A stretch of DNA of 64,000 nt from Mantamonas sphyraenae STR306 (GCA_026936335.1 JAPMXV010000020.1:186001-250000); one strand, 5' to 3'. Shown: positions 23,494-35,440, counted from the stretch's first letter. Notes: generated by a model not told the origin, from the sequence alone. Translations and numbers: made by a program.

Positions 23494-25187
23494 TCAGGCG
23501 ACCTGAGCAAAGCCCATGCGGTGGTTCTCGGCGTCAAAGAGCGAGTAGTACTTGCGGATAAAGACATCGCCGAGGATGTAGAGCTCACCAATCTGCGGGG
23601 GCAGCTTGATGCCGAGGAAGCCGCTGAGGCACTCCTCTTGGCCGGCGGCGCCGATCTTGAGGATGTAGTCGTTGGGGGTCAGGGTAAAGTCCTTGCCGGC
23701 GAGGGTGATGGTGACGTCGGGCATGTGGGGGATCTGGCTGCAGTTGACGATGTACTCGTTGGTCGGGTTGGGGAGCTCGTCGCAGACCTTCTCCAGCTGG
23801 GCCTCGATCTGAGCCTCGGTACGGTTGTTGCCGAGGGCCTTGTCGAGGAGGGTGATGACAGCCTCGCACAGGGCGCAGCTGGTGCCGCCGACGTTGTTGC
23901 CGTCGAGGGAGTAGGTGCGTGCCTTGGGGCAGAGGCCGAGGTTGGTGCAGATGGTCTTGGGGTCGAGCTTCTGCAGGAGCATCTGGACGAGCTCAGGCTC
24001 GTACTTCTGGACAAAGGCGTCGCACTCCTCAGCAAGGAGACCCGTGGCGCCGATGAGCTTGTTGATCTGGTCCATGACCTCGACGGGGCCAGCGAGCAGG
24101 GACGTGCCTGTGTCGGCGATGGCCTTGCAGGGCTTGCTGGAGGAGCAGAAGTTCTGGTTGCCGGCGGCGAATCCGTCCATGGCAAACATCCAGTAGTTCT
24201 CCTCGATGAGGGGCACGTAGGTGAGGTCGCCGGTGAAGTGGCTGGTGTCGACGCCGCCGAGAGTGATCTCGCCGTTCTCGCCGCTCTTCGGGGAGAGGTA
24301 GTAGCCAAAGAGGGCCTTTTCGATCTTGCCCTCGGCAACGGCGTTCTTCCACCACGGGGTCACGTTGTCCACAGAGATGCTCTGGTAGGCCATGCCCATG
24401 ATGCCGTCAAACTTGGCGGCGACAAAGGCCAGACCGGGCTCGCTGGTGGCCTCGCCAAAGACCTGGTCACCGACGACGACGTTGCCCACACCGACGGCGT
24501 CCTGGGAAAGGAAGCCCGTGCAGGCGCCGCTGCCGTACTGGATGCTGAAGGCCTTGCCGTTGGCGACGTAGGTGTGGGACTTGGAAGAGTCGTACTTGTG
24601 GTGCAGGTCACAGGCAATGTCGGTGAACTTGCACTTCTTGGACGGGATCCACAGGTTGGAGGAACCCTGTAGGAGAGGGTGCAGGTGGTGGGGTGGGGTG
24701 GGGTGTGTGTGTCAGAGGCGGGGGCGCGTGCGTTTTCGGGAAGAAGCTGGCCAAAGAAAAAAATCCACGCGGAATGCGCGTGCATTTGCGCGCGTGGGCA
24801 GGGTGGAGAGGGAGATGGGAAGGCGTGGGAGGGTTGTGGGGATGGGGCCGTAGTGTGGAAAAGAGTACGTACGGTGTCCGGGACGACAAGGAAGTCCTGG
24901 GCCGGGTTGCCGATGGTGATGGCAATGTAGTACTGGGCATCTTCAAAGTTGGAGATGGGCACGTTGGAGGTGGAGACCTCGGCGCCGTACTTCTGGAGCA
25001 GGTTCTTGGCGATGCGCTGGCGCTGCTCGGCGACGTAGCGCAGGTTGGCGGCATGGAAGTTTGTGCCCGAGGCGTGCATGGCCTGGCGGACAGTGGTGTC
25101 CATGCGATGAAGCTGGACGCGCTCCATGGCCAGGGCAGCGTGGCTGAGAGCAATCACAACGAGAAGACAAGCAAGAGTCTTGTTCAT
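23494..25187 (-). CDS. Cathepsin D/phytepsin-like A1 aspartic protease with saposin-like insert; intron 24667-24872
   Basis: Has a signal peptide, propeptide, catalytic 'PDT|GSSNLW' and 'AIADTGTS', and 'ILGDVF'. A ~100-aa six-Cys insert sits in the C-lobe. Confidence 0.93.
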
Positions 25188-25272
25188 GGTGTGTGGGTTG
25201 CACAGAATGGGGTTTGGTTGCTGCGGCTGGGGCAGGAGCGTTCGTGCGGCAAACGTTTTCCTTCCACACGAG

Positions 25273-28200
25273 ATGCAGTGGCAGCAGCAGCAGCAGAAGG
25301 CGCAGGGAGGCAGCACGGGAACCAACACGGGAGGCTCGGGCAACACGGGCAGCATGAGCCCCGTGGTGGGCGGGGTTCAGCATGGAGGAAGCAGTGGAAA
25401 CGGAGGCGGGAGCAGCAGTGGCGGCAGCTTCGGCGGCGTCTCGGGAGGGAGTGGAGGAAACAGCGTGCAGAGCGGCGGAGGACAAGTGATGATGGGTGGA
25501 ACGGGCTCGAACGGAAGCGAAATGGGTGGGGGTTGGCAGGGAGGCTCTGTGGGCATGGGTTCAAGTGGAGGTGTAAGCGGAAGCGCGTTTGGAGGCGGCC
25601 CTCCCAATGGAGGAGTAGCATTCGGCTCGGTCGGCGGCAGCGGAAGCAGCATGAGCAGCAGTGGGAGCAGCACGGGCGGAGGCGGAGGTGGAGGTGGGTA
25701 CGGAGGTGGGTATGTAAACCCGTACGCAAACAGCTACGGGGGTGGGGGCGGGGGAGGAAGCAGCAGCGGAGGGTCGAGTTCGACGACGACAACGACGTCA
25801 TCGTCTGTGTCTGGGTCGGGAGCGGGCTCGGGAGGGCCGGCCAAGGTTGGAGGAGCGAGCTACGGAGGGCAAATGAGCGGAGGAAACACAGGGGCGGGCA
25901 ACACGGCCAGCAGTAACCAGTCAAACAGTGGGAGCGGGAGCGAGGTGCCGTTCTACATTCGGCAGCAGCAGGAGATGGCTGCGAAGCAGGCGGCGGCACG
26001 TGCGGCAGCGGCAGAGGCAAGCAGCTCGAGCACGACGCGACTGCAGTACACCAATGTGGCAGAAGACCAGTACCAGGCGCTGTCGCTGGGTACTCTGGAT
26101 AGCACGAGTTCGACGGGCGGACTGAGCGAAGATGCCGGTAGCAGCAGCCTGGGCGGGAGTGGAGGAGTGGTGAACCCATACAGCAAGGGCAGTGCAGGAG
26201 GAAGCAACACAGGAGGGTATGCGTATCCGAGCAGCGGTGCCATGGCAATGGGGGGAACCAACATGAGCAGCAACAGCGGGACAAACGCGAACAGTGCGAG
26301 CGGGAACCAACAGGACGGGAGCAAGGGTGGAGACGACGCAGGCAAGCAAGGTAGGAGCAAGAGTGGAAAGAAAAAGTCGCGCATCGATCCGAAGCAGATT
26401 CCGTCGCCGGCGGCAAACAAGGAAAACACGCGTGCATACTACGCGGCCCAGGTGAGCGGAACCAAGTATTTGCCGCCTGCACCGACGGCGCCGCAGGTGA
26501 TTGAGGACAAGGGCAACTGCTCTAGTCGGTTTGTGCGCTCGTCTGTGTACAACGTACCTGTGAACGCGGAGCTGCTGGGCAACAGCAACCTTCCGTTTGG
26601 GCTTGTGGTGCAACCGTTTGCAGAGACGGACATTGGGGAAGAGCGAGTGGCAGTTGTATCGACAGGGCAGGAGGGGCCGATCCGGTGCCGGCGGTGCCGC
26701 GGGTACATCAACTGCAGCGCACGATTTGTGGAAGGCGGGCGGTCGTGGGTGTGCCCTCTGTGCGATTGCAGCAACGAGGTGCCGAGGGACTACTTTAGCA
26801 ACCTGGACGCCAACGGGAACCGTTTGGATTTGGAATCGCGGCCGGAGCTGCAGCGGGGGAGCGTGGACTTTGAGGTGTTCCACGCGGACTACCTGAAGGA
26901 GTACGACGGGAAGGAGCCCGAGGCTATGGCGTATGTGTTTGTGATTGACGTGAGCCCCGGTGCAATGAGTAGCGGGATGGTGGGCGTGGCGGCGGCAGCG
27001 ATCCGGGAACAGCTGGACGAGCTGCCGGCTGGAGACGCGGCGCGCGTGGCATTCATCACGTACGACACGAGCGTCCACTTTTACGACGTGAGCGAGCGGC
27101 AGTCGAGCCCTGCGATGCATGTGGTGTCGGAGGTGGACGACATGTACGTGCCGCTGCCGCACGGGTCTGTGGTGACGCTGGGAGAGTCGCGTGGGCTTGT
27201 GGAGGAACTGCTGACGACGCTGGAGTCGCCGAGCATGTTTGGGCAGGGCAAGAGCAGCGGGAGCGCGTTTGGAGCAGCGATGCAAGCGGCGAGGCTTGCA
27301 CTGAGCGAGAGCCACGGAGGGCGTGTGCTTGCGTTTGTGGCAAACATGCCGTCGTACGGCCCGGGAGCCATGAGTGGGCGCAAGAACCGACGGGTGTACG
27401 GAACGGAGCAGGAAAAGACACTGTTTCTGCCGCAGGGCAACTTTTATCCGACTCTGGGGGCGGAACTGAGCGAAGCCGGTGTGGCGGTGGACCTGTTCCT
27501 GTGTGCGAGCAGCTTCATGGACGTAGCGAGCCTGAGCGCGGTGAGCCGGCTGACGGGCGGGCAGGTGCAGTATTACAGCAAGTTTATGGGCGAAGGAAGC
27601 AGCGGGGCCAAGCTTGCGCTGGACGTGGGGCGTGCAATGCGCCGAGAAAGCGGATACGACGGCCTGATGCGAGTGCGCACAAGCACGGGAGTGACAGCGG
27701 TGGCACACTACGGCCACTTTCTGCCAAAGAGCGCCACAGACATGCGCATGGCGGGCGTGGACGCAGACCTGACGTTTGCAGTGGAGCTTGCGCTGGAGAA
27801 GGAGCTGGAGGACAAGAGCATGGCGTGTGTGCAGGTTGCAATCCTGTACACGGCAGCTGATGGGACACGGCGCATCCGTGTGCACACGTGGAGCGGACGT
27901 GTGACGTCGAACCTTGGCAACGTGTACAAGTATGCAGACCTGTACACAGTGGCGGGCCTGCTGACGCAAAAGGCGCTTGCCCAGGCGGAGCAGAACAGCA
28001 CCAACGCGGCACGGCAAGAGATCAACAAGGCGTGCGTGGACATGCTGTACACGTACCGGAAGTTTTGTGCAAACTCGAGCGAGCCGGGCCAACTGATTCT
28101 TCCCGAGTCGCTGAAGCTGCTGCCTGTGTTTACGCTGGGCATGACCAAGACGGCGGCATTCAACTCAAACACAAGCGTGGTGCTGGACGCACGCGTGGCG

Positions 28201-28719
28201 GACATGAACGCGCTTCGACGCATGCCGCTGCAGCAGCTGACTCTGTACGTGTACCCGCGCATGTATGCGTTGCACGCGTTGCACGAAAAGGCGGGGCTGG
28301 CTGTGGAAGGGGAAACCAACATTGTTGCGATGCCAAAGGCGGCGAGCCTGAGCAGCGAGCACCTGACAAACGACGGAGTGTTTCTGCTGGACAACGGCCA
28401 GGACTTTCTGGTGTGGGTGGGAAGCAACGTGGAGGAAAGCGTGCTGGACCGTCTGTTTGACGTGATGGAGGTGCGTGCGCTCGGCAAAGAACCGCAGTGG
28501 AGGGAGCTGGACAACGACTACAACCGACGTGTGTGCGCCATGATGGAGTACCTGCGCGAGACAAGGAGCAGCAACCCGATGGTGAGCGTGGTCACGCGTG
28601 GCAGTGCGATGGAGCCGTGGTTCCTGTCGTTCTTGTTTGAAGACCGCAGCGTCGGTGCGATGAGCTACGTCGACCACCTGTGCTCTATCCACAGGCAGAT
28701 TCAGAGGCGATTGGCGTGA
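25273..28719 (+). CDS. SEC24: COPII coat subunit Sec24 (C/D-like), apparently intronless
   Basis: Zn finger 'RCRRCRGYIN...WVCPLC', trunk 'YVFVIDVS', 'RRIRVHT', 'GQLILPESLKLLP', a gelsolin-like domain and C-terminal 'SYVDHLCSIHRQI'. Confidence 0.95.
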   Translation: MQWQQQQQKAQGGSTGTNTGGSGNTGSMSPVVGGVQHGGSSGNGGGSSSGGSFGGVSGGSGGNSVQSGGGQVMMGGTGSNGSEMGGGWQGGSVGMGSSGGVSGSAFGGGPPNGGVAFGSVGGSGSSMSSSGSSTGGGGGGGGYGGGYVNPYANSYGGGGGGGSSSGGSSSTTTTTSSSVSGSGAGSGGPAKVGGASYGGQMSGGNTGAGNTASSNQSNSGSGSEVPFYIRQQQEMAAKQAAARAAAAEASSSSTTRLQYTNVAEDQYQALSLGTLDSTSSTGGLSEDAGSSSLGGSGGVVNPYSKGSAGGSNTGGYAYPSSGAMAMGGTNMSSNSGTNANSASGNQQDGSKGGDDAGKQGRSKSGKKKSRIDPKQIPSPAANKENTRAYYAAQVSGTKYLPPAPTAPQVIEDKGNCSSRFVRSSVYNVPVNAELLGNSNLPFGLVVQPFAETDIGEERVAVVSTGQEGPIRCRRCRGYINCSARFVEGGRSWVCPLCDCSNEVPRDYFSNLDANGNRLDLESRPELQRGSVDFEVFHADYLKEYDGKEPEAMAYVFVIDVSPGAMSSGMVGVAAAAIREQLDELPAGDAARVAFITYDTSVHFYDVSERQSSPAMHVVSEVDDMYVPLPHGSVVTLGESRGLVEELLTTLESPSMFGQGKSSGSAFGAAMQAARLALSESHGGRVLAFVANMPSYGPGAMSGRKNRRVYGTEQEKTLFLPQGNFYPTLGAELSEAGVAVDLFLCASSFMDVASLSAVSRLTGGQVQYYSKFMGEGSSGAKLALDVGRAMRRESGYDGLMRVRTSTGVTAVAHYGHFLPKSATDMRMAGVDADLTFAVELALEKELEDKSMACVQVAILYTAADGTRRIRVHTWSGRVTSNLGNVYKYADLYTVAGLLTQKALAQAEQNSTNAARQEINKACVDMLYTYRKFCANSSEPGQLILPESLKLLPVFTLGMTKTAAFNSNTSVVLDARVADMNALRRMPLQQLTLYVYPRMYALHALHEKAGLAVEGETNIVAMPKAASLSSEHLTNDGVFLLDNGQDFLVWVGSNVEESVLDRLFDVMEVRALGKEPQWRELDNDYNRRVCAMMEYLRETRSSNPMVSVVTRGSAMEPWFLSFLFEDRSVGAMSYVDHLCSIHRQIQRRLA

Positions 28720-28768
28720 GGGATGAGAATGTAGGAGACGGGAATTTGCCTTCATTGCGTTTGTTGGT

Positions 28769-30902
28769 TCAGGACCAGTAGGTGGGAACGATTTGGGTGA
28801 CGTCTGCGCGGCAGATGGGACACTGGCGCAAGGGGAACTGCTGGGTGCACTCTAGGCAGACGCACTGATGGCCGCAACGCAGGAGCACCGTGTCGATGGC
28901 GTTGTCCATGCAGACCTTGCAGAGGTGCATGTCGTTGAAGCGGTCGATGAGGTTCTTTTGTGCGGTGACGAGGATCTGCTGCTGGTCGATGCGTTCTTGC
29001 TGCATGCGCATGGCGGCAAGGGCCATGTTGTCTTTCCATAGCCTGATGAGGGCCTTGGGGTCGCGCGGGGCGGGTGGGGAGGGAGAGGTGGCGGACGGGG
29101 AGGCAGTGGAGGTGGTGGAAGAGGTTGTGGTAGAGGTGGAGGTCATGATGGTGGTACTCTCGGGTGGGGAGGAGGAGGAGGCGGATGAGGAGTCTGTGTG
29201 GGCACGCGTGGTAGCTTCGAGAAGGAGCTCGACAATGGTTTCGTAGCCGTGGTCGAGGGCGGTTTCGAGAGGCATCTTGCCACGTACGTCGGGGATGTCG
29301 AGGCGTGCGTCGCGGTTGACGAGTTCGAGACAGCCGAGGTAGTTGCCAAAGCTGGCGGCAATGTGGAGGGCAGTCTCGCCTGTGTTTTTGTTGGCGGCGT
29401 CGATGTCGACGTGTGCGTCGAGGAGCACTTTGAGGGTGTCGATGATGGCCTCGTTCTGTGCAGCTATGTGAAGGAGGGTGTTTCCGGCGTCGTCGACAAT
29501 GGAGCCGATCTCCGGGTAGGCCTTGAGGGAGGCAGTGAGCTTTTGGATGCTGCCTCGCTTGACGAGAGCAAACATCTTTGCGTTGGAGCGACGCTTGACC
29601 GGCTGGTCGTCGTCGTTGGAGGCGGACGTGGTTGCTTGGGAAAGGTTTGCGACGGTGGCTTCTTCGGCGTCGCGCTCTTGTTGGGAGAGGGGTTGCAGGG
29701 CGAGTTTGTACAGGGTGTCCATGAGATCTTTGTGGGAATCCTGTGGGAGGGCGGGGGTGAGCGTGTGCTGTTGGGCGTGTGGTGGGCGTGTGGTGGTTTC
29801 CGTACCCAGTATTTCGCAGCGAGCTGAGGCTTGACGGTGAGCATGTTGATGTCAAAGATGGTGTCTGCGTTCTTGAGAAAGGGTTGAAGGTCTTTGGTGT
29901 GTGGGGGTGTGGGTGGGTGTGAGCGGACGGGTTGGAAGGGGTTCGCGAAGGGAAACGGGCGAGAAACGGACCGGGAACCGAGGCGAACCAGGCGAGGAGG
30001 TCCTCGTGGGTGGAGAGAAGGGTGGCAACACGTTGTCCCTTGTGTTTGGCAACTCTGTGGGCGGGAGTGTTGGTGCTCTTGGTGATGGCCTTGGCCTTGG
30101 CGTTGGAGGAAGAGGAGGTGGAAGAATAAGATCCGCGGTCGGAAAGGGGCGAGTAGCCAGCGCGAGGGGACGGGGTGGACATGGCATACTCGATGGTGTC
30201 ACGGTGGGAGGGGACGTCGTAGTCGATGTGAGCGGCGAGACGTTCCTCGAGGGCTCGCTGGAGGAGCTGGGCCCGAATGGCAAGGACCTGGTTCACGTTG
30301 TCGCGTGCGTAGGTACGATGTGAGCGATGGACGTGGTCCATGTCATCGTCGAGATCATCGTCTTCATCGTCTTGGTCGTGGTCGCTAATGATGTCCAGAT
30401 CATCGTCGCGGTCCACAAAGTCCATCGAGTAGGCGTAAGGGTTGCGGAAGGGGTTCTCATGGATGGGCGTGTACGATGAGATGGATTGGGCGGTGGAGCC
30501 AACTTCGTAGGAAGAGCGTGCAGAGCGTGAGCGAGGCATGCTGCGTGTGGACGGCGGGGTGTTGTTGGAATTGGCCGTGCGAGAGGAGGAGGAGGCTGAG
30601 GAGGCTGAGGATGAGGAAGAGGAGGAGGAGGAGGAGGAGGAGGAGGTTGTGGTGGTGGTGGACGACGACAAAGGCACGGCGGTGGTTGAAGGCGTGCGCT
30701 CGTCGTCTGTGGAGGGTATGCCCGTGGAGAAGGAGAAGGAGGCGCGACGGCGGCGTGGTTGTTGCGGAGCGTTGTTTGCGTTTGCGTTTGTCTGGGCCTG
30801 TGGGCTGTGGTTGCTGCGGGAACTGATTGTGGTGTTGCGTCTCTTTGGCGCGGACGTGTTGGATGTGGAAGAACGCACAAGGCGTGTTTCCTGATTGCCC
30901 AT
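28769..30902 (-). CDS. Ankyrin-repeat plus C3HC4 RING protein (putative E3 ligase); multi-exon; possibly N-myristoylated
   Basis: Starts MGNQET. Ankyrin motifs are 'GNTLLHIAA' and 'GETALHIAA', and the RING is 'CKVCMD...LRCGHQCVCLEC...CPICR'. Confidence 0.85.
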
Positions 30903-30985
30903 GGCGTGGAGGGATTGCTTTGGGTCGGCGCGAGGAGAACCAAGCAATTTTCTTTTCTCATTTTTAATAATCCGATCCCAGAAGC

Positions 30986-32648
30986 ATGGTTGGGAACAAG
31001 TCGTCGTTTGCTTGGCTGGCTGTAGTGGCGCTGTGTGTGTGCGCGCTTGCAGGGTTGGCCGAGGGCAGCAGGCTGCACGTGCCTACGCTGTCGGAGAAGG
31101 ACTTTTGTCCGCTTTGCTTGGAGGAACTGCCCAAGGTGCTGAAGGACCTTGAGGACAACGCCACGCAGCACGAGATCGAGGCTGTGTTGTTCAAGGCATG
31201 CGAGATTGTGTCTGGATCACTGCGACAGAAGTGCGAGGACGGGGTCAAGGCGCTGGTGACGGCGCTGGGGATGGGCGTTCAGCCGCTGACGCAGCGGTAC
31301 TCGACGTACGCCACATGCAGCATCCTGGGTCTTTGCGAGGTGGACTGCTGCGAACATCCTGTCCTCCCAGAACAGGTGGTAGGTGCTTGGTGAGATTGGA
31401 GACAGGGTGGAGAGGAGGAAGGCAAAGTGTGTGTGGGGGCGGGGGAAATTCGCTGACTCGCTTACTTTTTGCGTGAATGTGTGCGCTTGCGTTTCGGGCG
31501 CGGTGTAGCACATTTCGATCACAAACGTGCCTTCGGAGATGCGCGTGACGTGGGTGACGCTGACAAACCCGACAGGAGTGAACGTGCAGGTGTCGCAGAG
31601 CCCGTTTGGGGCAACGAGCGAACCGTTTGAGCAGGCGGAGCAGGCGGCGTGTTCCACAGACACGTACACGAACGGCGGATGGACAGGATTCATCCACACG
31701 TGTCTGATGACTGGTCTGGCACCGAAAACGCGCTACTTTTACCGTGTGGGCAGCAGCAAGGCGGTGTCGCAGACGATGCTGCAGTTCACGACGCGCGACC
31801 CTGCGGCGAAGCAGCTGAACGTGGCCGTGCTGGCGGACATGGGTGCCACGGACGTGTCGGACCCGACCATCATGCAGCTGTTGCTGGAACGTCCGGAGCT
31901 GGACCTGGTGGTGCACAACGGCGACAGCAGCTACGCGGACCTGGACCAGACGCTGTGGGACTCGTTCTTTCGCAAGATCGAACCGATTGCAGGGTATGTG
32001 CCGTACATGACGTGTGCAGGCAACCACGAGAGCCTGGAGAACTTTGCGGCGTACTCGCATCGATTCTTGAACCCGAACAACAGCTCGGACCTGTACTACT
32101 CGTTCGACTACGGGATGGTGCACTTTTTGGCGATCAACACCGAGGCGTCGGATGACTTGATTGCAGATCTGAGCCCAAACACGGCGCAGTACGCGTTTGT
32201 GGAGAAGGACCTGGCAGCGGCGGCGGCCAAGTCGACGTGGATCATTGTGTTTGCGCACAGGCCGTTTTACTGCTCGAACCACCACAGCATCGACTGCATG
32301 GGCAACGCAGACACGTTCCGTCAGCACATGGAGCCTCTGTTTAAGAAGTACGGCGTGGACCTTGTGATTACGGGTCACAAGCACAACTACGAACGGACGG
32401 CGCGCGTGTACCAGCAGACGCTGGACAACGACGCACCGGTGTACCTGGTCAACGGATGCGCAGGCAACAAGGAACACCTGATGAACAGCTTTCAGGATCC
32501 GCAGCCTGAATGGTCCAAGGTGCGCTTTGGCAAGTACGGCGCGGCGAGGATGAACATCACCGAAGACTCGCTGCAGTTTACGTTTGTGCAAGACGAGACG
32601 AACATGGTGCTGGACCACTTTGAAATCGAGCCACGCAAGAAGGTGTGA
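30986..32648 (+). CDS. Secreted purple acid phosphatase with N-terminal saposin-B domain; intron 31379-31508
   Basis: A signal peptide is followed by the saposin Cys pattern 'CPLC...C...C...C..LGLC', spliced 'PEQV|HIS', and metal motifs DMG, GDSSY, GNHE, VFAH and GHKH. Confidence 0.9.
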
Positions 32649-32674
32649 GAGGATGGGGGGTTTGTCCGGTCAAT

Positions 32675-35398
32675 TCATTCATCAAAGAGCAATTCGCGGA
32701 TCTCGAGTTCGAGGGAGGAGAGGTGGAGGGGAGAGGCGGAGGAGGAGGCGTCTTGTGGAGCAGTGCGTTGTTGGGAGGTGGATGAAGATGGGGTGACGAG
32801 GTGCTGCTTGGCGTTGCGTAGCTGCCTGGCCTCGTTGAGACGTTGTTGAAGATCGCGGATGCGCTGATGAGCGAGGGCCTGCTCGCGTGCAGCCTGGTTG
32901 AGACGCAGCACCTCTGCTTGGAGGCGTTTGTTGACACTGCGCTGCTGGGCGAGTTCGTGTTTGCAGTCGCGAAGGGTGCGGAGCTCGAGCTGGGCCTCGA
33001 CAAGCTGCTGGTGGCTGGCCTTTGCCTCGAGGGCTTTGGACTCTGCATAGGCGAGCTGTTCTCGCATGGCACGCATGCGTCCCTCGCAGTTTGCATGCTC
33101 TTGGACACGTTCTTGCATGAGACGGACCTGTGCTGCGGTTTCGCGAATGGTGGAGGTGCTGCGTGCGAGTTTGTCGCGGAGATCCGCTTGTTCGCGGCGT
33201 GCTGTGGATTGGACGTGCTCAAGCTCGGCCTGGGAGGCAGACAGCTTAGTGACGAGCTCGCCGACCTTTGCTTCGAGTTTGTGTGCGGCATCCTTGGCCG
33301 CGGAGAGTTCGGCGTGTGTTTGGCGTCGTTCGCCACGCAGGAGCTCGTTGTCGGCCTTGAGCTGGGAACGCTGTTCGAGGAGATCGTCGACACGTGCCTG
33401 TAGGGATTGGATTTGTACAGAGGAGGCGGAGGAGGAGGAGGCGGAGGAGGAGGAGGCAGGTTTGGCGGGCGTGGACGTGGCCATGTGTTCGAGATGGACG
33501 TCGCCGTCCCAGTGGATGACGGCACTGACGAGAGCCTCTGTGGTGGAGACGCCAGTGAGGAGAGAGGTGTCAAGGAGTTGTTTGTGGACGCGTAGGTCCT
33601 GAAAGAGCTTGGGTACGGCAGGGGAGTCGGCGGCAACGTTTGCCTCGAGAGCCTCGAGGGTGGCGGTGAGCGTGTAGAGCTGTTGGCGAGCCTGGGTGGC
33701 GTTGTTAAAGAGCACCTGGGCGAGGGAACGGAGGGAGTCTTCTGTGCCGGAGGCGGAGGCGGAGGCGGAGGCGAGAGGAAGTGGGGCAAGCGGGGCGGAT
33801 TGCTGTTGGGTGAGGGCGGCGATCTGTTTGCGAAGAGCACGGAGTTCGTGGTGGACGGTTTTGTTCTCGCGGTGGACTTTGTCCATGGAGGAGCGGAGGT
33901 GGTCGACTTGAGCAGCGGCCTGGCGTGCCTCGGCGCGGGTTTCGCGCAGTTGGCGGGTGCGCTTGTTCATCTTTTCCTTGAGGCGGTCAATTTGTACATC
34001 GTAGTGGGCCGGAGAGGTGGAGGAGGCTGGTGGGGAGCGGGCGGGGGAGGGTTCGCGAGCGGTGAGGACGGCTGCAAACGGGTCAGATGCCTTTGGAGTC
34101 CAGGAGGTGGAGGGATTTGATGGTGCAGGGCTTGTGGATGGTTTGTGGGCGTTCTTGGCGGCTGCGAGTGCGCCAAGGTTGATGTGGGGCACGGTGACCT
34201 GTGTGTGGGAAGGAGAGGACCCGGTGGGTTCGGAAGTGGGGTGGGATGCGCCGCCGACACGGCGGATGGAGCGGTGTGTGACGATGTCCATGTTGTCTGT
34301 GGCATCGCTCATGCTGCTGGAGCGTCGTTGTGCGGAGTGAACATCCTCAAAGTGGACGGGCACGCGTGGGGTTGTGGGAGGATCTGCAGCGGAGAAGCTG
34401 TGGCGCTTCTGGTTTGCAGGGTGGCGGAGACGTGTGCTGGGGTGAGTGCCATGGTGTTGGTCGTCGTCGTCGTCGTCTTGGGAGGAGAGACCGAGACTGA
34501 GGGCTCGGAGTTCGGGCATCTTGTCGCGGTAGTGTTCCATAAGGCCGTCGACGATGTCACGGCCGGTGTCACGGTCAGAGGGCGGGTCAGACTCTGAGTT
34601 GCTGTCTCCATGGGCAAGCTCTGCGCTGAGGGAGTGTGTCATGGTCTTTGCTGGTTGTTTGGGCTTGCGTTTCTTCTTGCGCTTCTTGGGCGGGTCGATG
34701 GTGGCGGCAAGGGCGGCAGTGATGTGTGTGGTGGGATTGCGCTTGCGGGAAGCAGCAGCCTTTTTGGTACGGTGGCCCGTCTTGTGTTTGGGCTTGTGGG
34801 TCTTGCGCGCCAATTTGCTTTTCCCTTGTGAGCCGTTTGCAACGCCGCGTGCGCGGCGGAGGGTGGAGGCCTCTTCAGAGTCGGAGGGGTGGTCGACAGG
34901 GTCTTCGTTGCGTGTGCGTGCGGGGGAGGAGGATGTTGTGGTGGTGGCTGTGGTGGAGGTTGTGGCGGCGGCAGTGCGCTGGGCTGCGTGGTGGTCGACA
35001 AGATTGTCAAGTCGTCGGGCGGAGAGTTTGGCGAGGCCTGTGCGAGGTTTGGGCAGACCGTGGTCGTCTTTGATGACGACCGAGCCTGAGCGCTGACGCT
35101 GAGGGGAGGTGGAGTGGATGGAGGGCTGGTCAGAGGCGACGCTGACGCCAGCGTCGGATTCACGGTCGGGTTCGGGGGCATCCATGCCGTCGGAAGACTG
35201 GGAGGTTGGGTGAGTGTCGTGTGGAGAGGGTTCGACGAGCCAGCGGGGCGTGGTGGATGGAGAGGTCGGGGATGATGGCGAGCGGGGGCCCTTTGCGGCG
35301 GCGTCCTTTGCGGCGACCTCGGCGACCATGGACGCAAAGAGGCCCATGTCGGAGAGGGTGCGTTTGCGTGGTTTGGCCAAGTCCAACTTTGCAGGCAT
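32675..35398 (-). CDS. Uncharacterised protein with a disordered basic/Ser-rich N-half and a long C-terminal coiled coil
   Basis: ~907-aa ORF from ATG 35398 with a heptad-rich C-half and the NLS-like stretch 'PPKKRKKKRK'. Confidence 0.7.
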   Translation of the reverse strand: MPAKLDLAKPRKRTLSDMGLFASMVAEVAAKDAAAKGPRSPSSPTSPSTTPRWLVEPSPHDTHPTSQSSDGMDAPEPDRESDAGVSVASDQPSIHSTSPQRQRSGSVVIKDDHGLPKPRTGLAKLSARRLDNLVDHHAAQRTAAATTSTTATTTTSSSPARTRNEDPVDHPSDSEEASTLRRARGVANGSQGKSKLARKTHKPKHKTGHRTKKAAASRKRNPTTHITAALAATIDPPKKRKKKRKPKQPAKTMTHSLSAELAHGDSNSESDPPSDRDTGRDIVDGLMEHYRDKMPELRALSLGLSSQDDDDDDQHHGTHPSTRLRHPANQKRHSFSAADPPTTPRVPVHFEDVHSAQRRSSSMSDATDNMDIVTHRSIRRVGGASHPTSEPTGSSPSHTQVTVPHINLGALAAAKNAHKPSTSPAPSNPSTSWTPKASDPFAAVLTAREPSPARSPPASSTSPAHYDVQIDRLKEKMNKRTRQLRETRAEARQAAAQVDHLRSSMDKVHRENKTVHHELRALRKQIAALTQQQSAPLAPLPLASASASASGTEDSLRSLAQVLFNNATQARQQLYTLTATLEALEANVAADSPAVPKLFQDLRVHKQLLDTSLLTGVSTTEALVSAVIHWDGDVHLEHMATSTPAKPASSSSASSSSASSVQIQSLQARVDDLLEQRSQLKADNELLRGERRQTHAELSAAKDAAHKLEAKVGELVTKLSASQAELEHVQSTARREQADLRDKLARSTSTIRETAAQVRLMQERVQEHANCEGRMRAMREQLAYAESKALEAKASHQQLVEAQLELRTLRDCKHELAQQRSVNKRLQAEVLRLNQAAREQALAHQRIRDLQQRLNEARQLRNAKQHLVTPSSSTSQQRTAPQDASSSASPLHLSSLELEIRELLFDE

Positions 35399-35440
35399 AA
35401 TGGGAGGGCGTGGGGGGGAGGGGGAGTTGATTTGCATTGG

